Origin: Nageia nagi
Taxonomy: Eukaryota > Plantae > Pinophyta
Length of the DNA stretch: 64,000 bases
NCBI GenBank assembly: GCA_050084985.1
Contig: JBITNC010000001.1
Location: 28,024,001-28,088,000 of the forward strand
Direction of reading: 5' to 3'
Position numbers and translations under genes: made by a program. Each line of letters starts with the position of its first letter. Position 1 is the first letter of the stretch. The notes beneath the pieces were generated by a model. That model did not search any database and was not told the DNA's origin. It was given only the letters and a program-made list of their open reading frames with translations. This document shows, piece by piece, positions 53,357 through 64,000 of the stretch.

Positions 53357-54446
53357 TGTAATATCCCAGAATCAAAGCGTTCCATTTCTCCATTCCTTTT
53401 GAGATGGGACGATATTCTTAATTTTGTTTTTCCAAGCATTTAGGATTATTTTTATATTTTGTAATAGTTTGGTGTTGATGGGACACATAAATATCATATG
53501 TTTACCCTATGATCATTCTTGGGTGCAGAAATTAGAAATTGAGCACTCCAAGGGTGGACGTCACACCTCTAGGTCTGTTAGAGTTATTTTTAGTTAAGTT
53601 AGGAGTCTTTATTATTTTAATATTAATTGTGGGCCATATTTGTAATTTGAGGAACCTGTTCTCTCCACAAAGGTGGATGGCCAATTTAGGAACATCTATT
53701 TCTTAATTAGGAGTGACTTTAAGTATTGGTTGCATCGGCCAACCACAAATTAGAAAAAGGCTTCTCCAAAGAGCACTATAAAAGCGAGACGAGCACCCCA
53801 CTTGAAAGCATGTCATGATATCTTTTAATCCCCTCTTTGGATTCCATGCTTCTCTCTCTCTCAAAGGACGAAACCCCTACAAAGAAACCCCATCTTGCGA
53901 AAAAAAAACCCTCAAGTTGGCAATTAGGCCCTAGCACCACACTTATTCATAAATTTAGCCTCGAATAGCCTTGGAGCAGCTCAAGTGAAGATCTGCCCTA
54001 GTCATTCAACTTTGAAGGTGAAGAGTGGCTCCTTGAATCCATCCTTACCCTAGGAGTAAGATGTCTAGCTCAAGGAGACAGTTTGGAGTAAATGTGGCAT
54101 CTTCATTGTGGTGTTCTTAGCTCCCTAGTGAGACATCACCCTCTTAAAGATATTTTGAGCTCTTTCAGGTCGCATTTTTGGTTCTTTGGATATTTTTGGT
54201 GCATGCTTTTGGCCACTTGAGTAAATTGCTCTAATTTTCAGTAATTATGCACTTGTATGAGATCGTCCTATTTTTGGCATAATTTGGCAATTTTCTTGGG
54301 TAATTAAATATTCCGCACTAAAGCTAGGGCATCGTTTGGTATAATTTGGTATTTTTGCTAATTTGCTTAAGTTCGGGGTAATAAGGTTTAAATTGGAATT
54401 TGCATATTTGTTACAAATCTTGTGTGCCCTGGTTCGGAATATTACA
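53357..54446. mobile_element. Solo LTR (third family)
   Basis: TGTAATATCCC...GGAATATTACA inverted termini; TATAAAA at ~53777; no 5-bp TSD. Confidence 0.7.
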
Positions 54447-55280
54447 AATATGTAGTTAACGCAGCATAGTCAGCAAGGACTTACTTCTAACAAAGTAGTC
54501 AACCACACTCTTCATACAAAATGCAGGTGAGCCCACATGAGTTTTATAACATGCAAGTCCATTGACAATCAGATTTTTCATTTCACATAGTTAAAAAAAA
54601 TGTTTGCAACGCCCTGTATCCTAGCTCATCATGTATGCAAAGGATCTATGTAACCCAAGGTCCTTATAATCCATCTCAAAAATAAATAAAAAATCAGTCT
54701 TCAATGAAATCGTTAATAGATGAAGTCATTAAAGACATCCAGAAAAATAATTTCACCTATACCGAAGCATGTAGACATATCTAGAAAAGATCAAACAGGA
54801 GTTGCCATCATAATAAATAACAGAAAAATCTTGATAAAGTCTGACTCTATGCTATGAACAAAGTCTTCTTGATGAGGGAAAAAAATTATATAAATAATTT
54901 TTTAGCAGGTGATATTACAAAAAGGAAAGAAGAAAACAGAATAAAATATCTTGATTCTTTATAATGGAAACAACAGGACGTATTCTAATTCATCCTTTGT
55001 TGCAGCCATTTATTCATTGAAGCAAAGAACCACGCTATAAAATAAATTACATTTTTCTGGGGTAATAAAAAACTATCATACAAAGTTATTGAAAACACTA
55101 CAAAGTGCACCAATCAACAAAAATTCAGCCACTGCTATGAGTATTTTACAACTCAAATAGAGAAACAACATAAGCAGAAATAGGTTAGTGAATGTGATGT
55201 TTCAGATTCATCAAACTAGATACGACCGTATCACATTTAAACGTGTTAAGTCCTTTGCAGACTCTTCACTTACAAATAAC

Positions 55281-58200
55281 CATAGTAGCAGCACTAGTGA
55301 AAACTTGGTGAATATACAAGTTCTGAATCACGTGGGTCAAAACAAGTAACCAACATCCTCAAGAAGTTTCTTGCCTTTTGCAACCAACGGTGATTTTTTG
55401 GAAAAAAACTCGCAAGTCAGTAATCACCAGGTCCATACATTTGACTTGCAGATGCCAGCAAAAGTAAATATTCAATTAAAAACATTAAACAAAAAAACAG
55501 TTTGGTATTTTTCTCATCTTGGAGCTTGAAAGAAAGTGAAGGAGAGGAAAACAAGAAATTAATAGATACAAGAAGTCAAAATCATGATTTCGTAAATTTG
55601 TGCTAAATTTTCAATCTTGTTTACAGGTAGAAATTGTTTTTGTATAGCAGTTTCTTTTAATACCTAGTGTTTTTATTTAATGTATATATTGAATGTAAGT
55701 CTGAGATTTAAAAAAATTGCTTTACAATATATATATATATATATATTGAGATAGGGTTTTTATTTAACTTACGTCTTGAATGTATATCAGAAATTAAAAA
55801 AAATCTTACCTTTACAATAGCCAGCTAGCACTTCTATTTTACATTTATAGATAGGGTTTTGGTTATTTCGATTTTACAAGATGACTAGAATAGAGAGGGA
55901 CCCTTGTCAGACGCATTGCAAATCCTACTTCATTGGTCTCACAAATGGAGACATCAACAAAATGAAATACCACTTTGCACATGTTTTTTGCCATGAATGT
56001 TAGGCCTTGTGAGAAAGTGAGAGGAGGAGTTGATGCGGAAAGTCAATATCCAATTGGAGTCCTTCCTATATGAGTCAAAGAAGAGAAACATTGAATGGCA
56101 AAGCCTTACATTTCCACCAAATTTCAGTGATGCTAATGGCCTTGTAGCAAGCAACATTGGCCCTAGAATTAGACATGGTGCTTCTAATTTAATTTCCATT
56201 ACAACTGCATGTAGCTTGTTGTACGCAAAGATGTTCCTAGTTATTTACCCACCTTGGAGGGCATTGGTTCATTGAGCAAGGAAAAAATTATTCAAGTACA
56301 TGGTCAATGCAATTGCTATTTGTGAGCCTGGATTCAACTCACCCACTTATTATGAGTTGCAAGGCTCCACGCTTCAACAGGCTATTCGAAGTATTCAATC
56401 CCTTATCAATGAAAAAAAGAAAATTTGAAAAAGGAAGGGTTGCAGCATAATGATAAATGGATGGACCAATGGGAGGAGTCAAACTCTCATCAACTTCCTT
56501 GTTTCTTCTACAGGTGCTTTGGTATTTTTGATGTTAGTTGATGCCTATTAGAGGTTAAGAATGTTAAGTGCCTTGCTAATATGATTGAGGAGGTCATCAT
56601 GAAGGTGGGGTTGGAAACTTTTGTACAAATAATCATCAACAATGCAACTTCCTACAAGGCAATAGAAAAAATACCCGAGGCATTTTATTATTTTCTAAAC
56701 ATCACGTGTTGATCATTGTCTTCATCTCATGCTCAAGAACATTTGGAAACCTCATAGAGTGAAACAAGTGGTGAAGAAGGCCAAAAATATATCAAAATAT
56801 ATCTACGACCACACATAAGTCCTTAACCTAATGAGACGATTCAACGAAAAGTTCAACCTAAAGTGACTCGTTTTGCTACAAACTTCATCACATTGCAAAG
56901 TTTGTACGAGTCAAGAGCTTTACTGAAGAGAATGTTTGCCAATGAAGAGTGGACATCCTTCAAATACGAGTGGACATCCTCCAAATATGCATATTCGCCT
57001 AACCATGAAAATTTGGTCCATCAGGTATTTGATGATGCCTTTTGGAAGGCATAATAGTTCAAGTAAATGTTTCAATTAATTACTTCCATTTCAAAAAATT
57101 ACAGTTCCATGTTGTACTTGTCATTTCACTTATTTGATTCCTATTGCAGGTTTTTGTGCCCTTGGTGAAAGTGCTTTCTATAGTTGACAATAGAGTTTCT
57201 CATGAAGCATCTATTACTTCATTCTACAACTACGTGGACAAAAGGAGCATCCCATTTGGGTCATTATTGATAAAAGATGATAAAATCAGTTGCATAGACA
57301 TTTGCACACAAGGACGTATTACATGAATCTCAAGTATTTTTATAGTGAAAATTTTGTAGCAAATGATGAGGTCCTAATCGGCTTGCATATGACCATCAGC
57401 TATATGTTGCTCACAAATGAATTGAGGAGCCAAACAATAAATGAATTGCAAGTTTATAAGTCTACATAGGGATATTTAATATCAATGCCTACTTGCATTC
57501 CAAAAGGAAACAACTGAGCGACAAGGTAAATACATGTATGTCTTAATTGGTATGAACTTGTTTATTTAATTTCTTCGTGTGCATTAAATTAATTATTTCA
57601 TTCATTTTTCTTCTTAGTATTATAGTGGAAGGACTGATGCGATAAGTTGGAGGTTTTGTCAAAGGTTGCAATATGAATTTTGGGGTAGCCATGTAGTGCT
57701 TCAAGGTGTAAGCGTAACCAAATCACTTTTGAGCACATCCATTCAAAGAAGCACATTAGGTTCAACCAGAAATGCTTGAATGACTTGTTGTATGTGCACT
57801 ACAACCTACGCCTTCAACACGAACAAATTCAAGGATCCAACTACAAGATGATGGATTTGTATGCCATTGATTCACAATATGAATGGGTTTCAAATCAACA
57901 TCAAGAGCAAGATAAGGCCTTATTTTTCATAGATGACTCTGAAGCTATGTAGCAAGAGGCTATCTCAATGGCAGCAAATAGAGGTCTGTACAGCAAATAA
58001 ACAAGCATAAGGATCCTCACAGGCCACATCAATCAACCAATGCTACAAATGCAGTCAATGCCAAAAGAAGCTTTATATGCTAGGGTAAAGGTAAAAGATT
58101 CTCACTTTCTATGTTAGGGCAAAGGCAAAGCACTTGTCCCGGGACAAGTCGATTTGTCCTTTGATGCGTTTTGAGACTTGGTTTATAAATTCCGCAACTT

Positions 58201-58373
58201 AAGCTTCTCCCTACTAATAGAAGACATTGCAGTTCTAGTTCCTAATAAGTTGTTTCATGTTTAATTTAATGGCTCATGGGAAAGAAAATATTGTCCAAAC
58301 ATCTTTTTCTTCCATTTTTTCTGCTAATTTTTTATGATGCAAAGTTAAAAGTGAAATGAGTTTCATAACTATG
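55281..58373 (+). mobile_element. Decayed hAT transposon (DUF659-type transposase)
   Basis: GCSIMINGWT..SQTLINFLV, VTRFATNFITLQSL, CSASRCKRN..TFEHIHSKK dimerisation motif; CATAGT/ACTATG termini; degenerate TSD CAAATAAC / CACATAAT. Confidence 0.88.
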
Positions 58374-58490
58374 CACATAATATCATTTACAGATTTTTAG
58401 TACAAATTCATAGGTTCGAACAATACAACATTAAAAATTTAAAAATAATGAGTGAACACACAATCACTTTATATAAGAATAAAACCTTAC

Positions 58491-58624
58491 TGTAGTATCT
58501 CCATTGCCCCCTCCACTGGCATCAAAGTTCCCCTGCCAACGGCCCTTCAATTCTGCTAATCCTGGAAGCGGTATTGCCTCAGGAGTTTCTTCATCGTAGG
58601 AACACATATATTCCCTTGTGAAGC
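58491..58624 (-). CDS. TIC236: TIC236 exon, about 134 nt (5' boundary/phase uncertain)
   Basis: LPGLAELKGRWQGNFDASGGGNGDTT joins ADFDF in phase 0 via GTAAGG; the best acceptor (gcacag) gives phase 1, conflicting with the upstream exon. Confidence 0.85.
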
Positions 58625-58968
58625 CTGTGCAGAATATCAAAATCATTAAAAGGCTAGCACTCTGAAGTAAAACCATCTTGATGAAAATCCTAAAAGTTCA
58701 AAAAGTGGAAGTAAGACATCAAACCATACTCGGACTTCAATATATCATCCGAAATTACATAAACAGAAACAAAAGGGCAAATTTTATCCAATTTTTCTCT
58801 TCTTCCGTAATTTATTCAAGTAATACTTTCATACGAAACTATCTGACATCAAATACATCAGACTGACACACGAATCAGAAATTTCAAATAATTTCACCAA
58901 AAGAAGAGTATTAATTCTAAATAAAATGAATTACACCAATTATGGTGCTCATTAAAGCACATAAGTAC

Positions 58969-59034
58969 CTCCAGCTGTTTCTTCAGACTCTCAACATGAA
59001 ACTGTATATTTTGTACACCTTGCATGAATATTTC
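58969..59034 (-). CDS. TIC236: TIC236 small exon, 66 nt (not in the ORF track)
   Basis: EIFMQGVQNIQFHVESLKKQLE resembles the angiosperm DLFIQS...LRDLLE segment; ctacag / GTACTT, phase 0/0. Confidence 0.8.
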
Positions 59035-60199
59035 CTGTAGAACAACACAAAAGTATTTCTCAGAAACTAAAATTGTTTATAGTTCAATTACAACCTGATG
59101 TTGAACTCCCTTGATTTCTCATATCCAAAACATGTATAAATGTTCTCTATGGTTCGCATTCCAATAGACAAAGACTGCTGACACAGGATTCACTAAAATC
59201 AGTCAATCCTGTCAAAATAAGAAAATAATAAAATAGTCAAAAAATAGTAATCTATCCAGCTAAAATCCCCTCACAGAACCACTAGAATAAAAGGATACGT
59301 AAGCAGCACTAGAATTCTGCCTGTAAAGGAAAATCAAAGTTTTCAAACTATTTAAATGTGTAACATGAAAGTCCTTGATGTCAAAAACTAAACTAAAATT
59401 TACATCATTTAGTGTACTGGAATGTCAATGAATCAACAATAACTATATGATAAGGATATAGGATTGCTGATGAAATTTCTGTATAAAAATGGTGATGCAA
59501 TAATTCCTATCAAACAAGCCGTCTTGTAAAATATATCTTAAGAAAAATCACAATATACATTCAAATCATAGATTATAACTGTTGTTTGCTAATTTAGTTT
59601 CCACTTACTCATTTTATGAATTGCTTTCAAAAAAGAATTGCAGACATAGCAAACTTATTCATTTTATGAATTACTTTCAAGGAAGAATTGCAGACAGCAA
59701 AAAAGTCAGCAAACTAGCAAAACAAAATGAACATACCTCACACAGATTAAAAATGCGGATAATTTAAAAAAAAAAAAAAAAATTGCCACTTGAATGGAGT
59801 TTTGTATTGCTCTCAAAACAGTGCATACATAAAAACACCACACACATGAAATACTTTTTTGCTCAAGCTTTTTCTTTAACTTGTATTCAACATGGACATA
59901 TGCCACACATCCAAAAACTTTCGAGTGCCCAACCTAGGGCTTCCTACCACACCACATCACAAAGGGGTCTTCTCCCCATTTGCACTTGTTGGACTAAGAT
60001 TTTGAATATATTTTGCCACATCAACCACCTCAACCCATTACTCATAACTCAAACATTTGTAATGTATTATACTCCTTGCCATGTTCATGAGATTCCTATT
60101 CATTTCTCCAACAACAACATTTTGTTGGGGTGTATAAAATGTGGTCAGCTGCCTTTTATTGCGATAGTCTTCAAAATACTTCATGGACTCTTTTGAACA

Positions 60200-63100
60200 A
60201 AATTCACCAACTTGATCATTCCATAGATTTTATATTGCAACCCCCATCTCTCCCTCGATCCCCAACCTCTCTCCTAACCTCCAGGGCTTCGTGGTCCCCT
60301 TATAACCTCCACCTACAAGCACCACAACCCTCACGACCTTGCGGCCCCCTGCAACCTTTGCGTCCGAGCACCACAAGCCCTGCAACCTCACAACCTTCGC
60401 AACCCTTGTGTCTTGATTGTGCCCACTACCCTATCTCCCTAATCACCGCCCTTCACATCCCTAACATCCTCGACCTACGCAACCTCTAAAGCCACTTCCC
60501 CCCACGCCCTCGCATGCGAACTCTTTCCCTTCGCAGCTTCTCGTCCCCCATGGTCGTCGCATGCTACAACCACATCAATTGTGGCCCTTTCACCCCTATC
60601 TGCAGCTTCTCTCCCTCCACAACCTCATGGCCCCACATCCCTGCAACCCCTTGCCGATTCGTAGGCTCCACTGTAACTTTTCTCTAAGGATTGTTCGTAG
60701 ATTCCTCCACCATTGCAGTTCCATGTTTTCCACTTCATCATGACAAAGAAACATAAATCCGACAAAAACATTCTGGAGCACATGGTTGTGGATTCTTCAT
60801 CCAACAATGAACTCGCCACCCTCTTCACCAAGATTGATCAAGTTGCATCAATTCTACAACAAGACACCTGCATTGCGTTGACTACTTTGATTTCTCTATT
60901 ACATTGGGGTACTTGTTCCTGCAAAGTCAAGATACCTTATCTTACTCGTAGCATACGACTAATGAAACTAGAGAAATTGACTCAACAGTTATTAAAACAA
61001 GTGTCATCCCTCCTTTCAACCAATTTTTCCCAACAAGCCCTCATCCTTACATTAAAGAATCAACTAAACGTTCATGTTAGCCAGCTCAAAAATATAGATG
61101 CATGTCAGATCTCTAACTTGAAACTGTCTTCTAAAATTGCAGCATTGCAGCTAGAGCTCTTCTCCAAAACTACTTTGTCCTAATATTTATCTATTGAATC
61201 ACTGCAAGCAGATATTGTTTCACTCAAGGGCAAGGTAGCTAGCGACAAGAACTTGCTCCTCTACCAACTTCAAGAGAAAACCTTCTCATGGGCAGATGCA
61301 ATTCACAATAATGGTTACAAACATGCTCCTCCCATTGTGACAGTAGTCAATGAAAAGTTTGAAGAATGTCGTAAACAACAAAAGGTGCTCAATCCTTGGA
61401 TTTGAGGGTTGGTAGTTGGATTTGAGGGTTGATAGTCGGTTGAAAGGGTTTGGATCGCAAGAGATTCATCCTTGTTCTTTCATTTGCATTCAATTTTTCA
61501 TAAAATGTCTATTCACAAGGCCAAAAAGATCCTCCCCTCCTTGTCGGATCACATCTTCATTGATGAAGAACTCACGTATGCAATCCAAAGAATTAGCTCC
61601 TACTCAATAGATAGTTCTCAAGGCAAGGAAGCTAGGAAAATAGGCTATCATCCGGAGCTGTTAGGTTGTGACTATAGACACCCCCCCTTCGAATTGGTCT
61701 AAACCTTGGCCACCCATTTCCTTCATAGCCGCCAAAAGATGCCCATCAAGATCCCCTTTAGAACCCTCAAAGCTCTCAATCTCAGTTTGGAACTACAATG
61801 GAATGCTTTGGTATTGTTCGAGATCAATTCATGATATCATTCATCAATCAGATTCAACAATTTGTCCTGAGACACATGAGAGTTTGTTAAGGGGCTCCCT
61901 CTATTTTCAGTGTACACTTGGATTTTTGCACATAGGATCTTGAGTCGTACAAGTTTCAATAGTTGTGGTTCAAGACGTGTGGCTTTTATCGTCAGATATC
62001 ATTTACTTCCTAGGATATATGTTGAGGGCATTGATACCCATGCTCGTTATAATTGGGTTTCACTAGAGAAAGGCCCCTTCCCTTAAGAGGATCTATCTTG
62101 TTGGATCCTACTTCCCACCATCATCTTCAAGCTATGTTATCCAGGAGGCTGAAGAGTCCCATTACCTTAACCTTTTCCCAGAGATTACCAAGAACTTTGT
62201 TCAAGGTGAGATCATGTTGTTGGGCAACTTCAATGGTAGGACAAGGAATTCACAAACACAATTTTTTGATAGTGATGTAGATCTGCTCCACGTCCAGGCT
62301 CTAGATCGACCCATAATATTCCAATGTGACTCAGCAAACTCCAAACCCCCCTCGGGCTATGATAGATTCCCTTTAGGCAATCAAAAAATGTCTTGCTTGT
62401 CCCTTTCAAAACAATCTCCTCCATTATTTTGACCAAAATTGGGTCCTCAAAATTTTGAATTTTGGGATGTGTTGTGCAGGCACAACAGAACCGTTGGTTT
62501 GATACTAATTGTAAGGACACTCACTAGCGCCTACGATGGGCCATTGTTGCTTACCCTGTATCCTCTTCCACTACCACTCTTCACCGCTCCTATCATTGTC
62601 TCCTTTGAACCAAGAAAGGTCACTTTCTAGCCAAAAGGAGACTAGAGGTCCTTTCTTCACTCCACTCCAATCCCAAATCCTTTTAGCACTCCTTACCCAA
62701 AAAACGTATTTCAAACTCCATCTACCTCTAAGCATAGAAAGATTAAGCTTCTTGCCTTTACAATGTACCCAACCAAAACCTTTCCTTCATCTTCTCTCGC
62801 CCCCTCACTTATTATTTCTTATCCCCCCACTCATCCACACCACCATAAAAAAGCTTAATTCCAACAAAGCCTCCAACATTGAGAACCTCTAAGCCAAATT
62901 CCACAAACATACAAAATTTACTCTCCTACCCTTTCTTTCCCGGCTCTTCAATAAAGTCATTTCCACAGGCTTCCCTTCTTCCTAGACATCAAACATCCTC
63001 CATCCCATCTTCAAATCTGGTGACCCTAATGAACCAAGCAATTACCACACCATAATGATCAACCATACCCTAGCCAAGCTTTATGCTATGATCCTGAAGG

Positions 63101-63790
63101 ACTACATTTCTAAGATGGTTGATTCAGAGGGTTTAGAGTAAGAGGAATGGAAGACTTAAAACAAAATAACCTCACCACAAATCATATATTCATTCTCAAA
63201 GAAATCATCGAGGAGGCCAGATTATGAATGTTCCCAGTCTTTCATTGTTTTGTGGACTTCAAGAAGGCCTTCAATATTGTTCCCAATCACAGACTTATGG
63301 ATCGTCTTCAACAATTGGGAGTTTCGAAGATTGGACTCATAGCCATACTGACTCTATACAAGACTCTTTCAAGATGCGTTTGTACTTTAGAGGTTCTCAA
63401 ACAACATACTTAGCATGATAGGGGTGAAGAAAGGTTACCCCCTTTCTCCAAATCTCTTTGGTCATAACATAGATAAGCTAGAGCCCTTCATCTTAAAGAC
63501 CATTAATCCTGACTTAACTTGCATCCTCCATGGCAATTGCATGTTTATCCTCCTCTTCATAAAAGATATTGTGCTACTTTCCCACTCAACTAAGAGACTT
63601 CAAAGCTTGGTTCGCACTTCGGCCTCTTTCAACAATAGATAGGAGCTTATGGTGAACCTTAGTAAGACTAAGGTTGTGGTTTTCAATGCTTCGAAAGCTA
63701 TGTTGGAAAAAACCCAAATCACCTTCTAGGATAGTACTATAGACACCGTCACCTCCACTTACTTGGCAGTAGTCTTCTCATGCCCTAGAT
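60200..63790 (+). mobile_element. Decayed non-L1 LINE with ORF1 and EN-RT ORF2, 3'-truncated
   Basis: Coiled-coil ORF1 (60713-61183; IFIDEELT), endonuclease (ISVWNYNG, LLGNFNGRT), RT (FVDFKKAFNIVP, GVKKGYPLSPNLF); limits approximate. Confidence 0.8.
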
Positions 63791-64000
63791 TCTCCATGAG
63801 GACAATAGCTCCACCGAGTCGACGAAGAGGATCTTAGTCAATACACTATCTTGCTCCATTCAAAGCAAGAGGATGGTACCTCACCTTATCATGTCAGTAG
63901 AGTTCAATTGCTAGCCTCTTCAGGTGTGCGCCTTAACTTACATATTACTCTTTCTCCATCATTTATGTCACCTTTCTAGTCCTAGGTGCGACACAACAAG

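Noticed and set aside
59035-64000. Further upstream TIC236 exons
   Set aside because: None recognised; mostly LINE sequence, so the next exon probably lies outside the window
1-64000. tRNA, rRNA or other ncRNA genes
   Set aside because: None recognisable by eye; only the tRNA-iMet-like PBS of element A

Overview
Plant nuclear DNA, most likely a large-genome gymnosperm (inferred from giant introns, CpG depletion and TE types). The window holds the 3' nine coding exons of one minus-strand gene, TIC236/EMB2410 (plastid TamB/DUF490 homologue). These are 2,429 coding nt over 56.9 kb (stop at 2145), with introns up to 21.0, 19.4 and 9.8 kb; the gene continues beyond the right edge. The introns are filled with nested, decayed TEs: a gag-deleted chromovirus with both LTRs plus related lone LTRs, a full-length L1 with a 15-bp TSD, non-L1 LINE pieces, a hAT remnant and hAT MITEs. 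Four things stand out. (1) A 6.5-kb insertion has an LTR-type end and a 5-bp TSD but no internal LTR pair or gag/pol, and carries one long accessory ORF; it is a candidate giant ORF-bearing solo LTR, with a second homologous copy at 27-34 kb. (2) The L1 has a third ORF downstream of ORF2. (3) These accessory ORFs share one architecture. (4) There is a 1-nt splice-phase conflict between the two 5'-most TIC236 exons. All family assignments are by eye; no searches were run.
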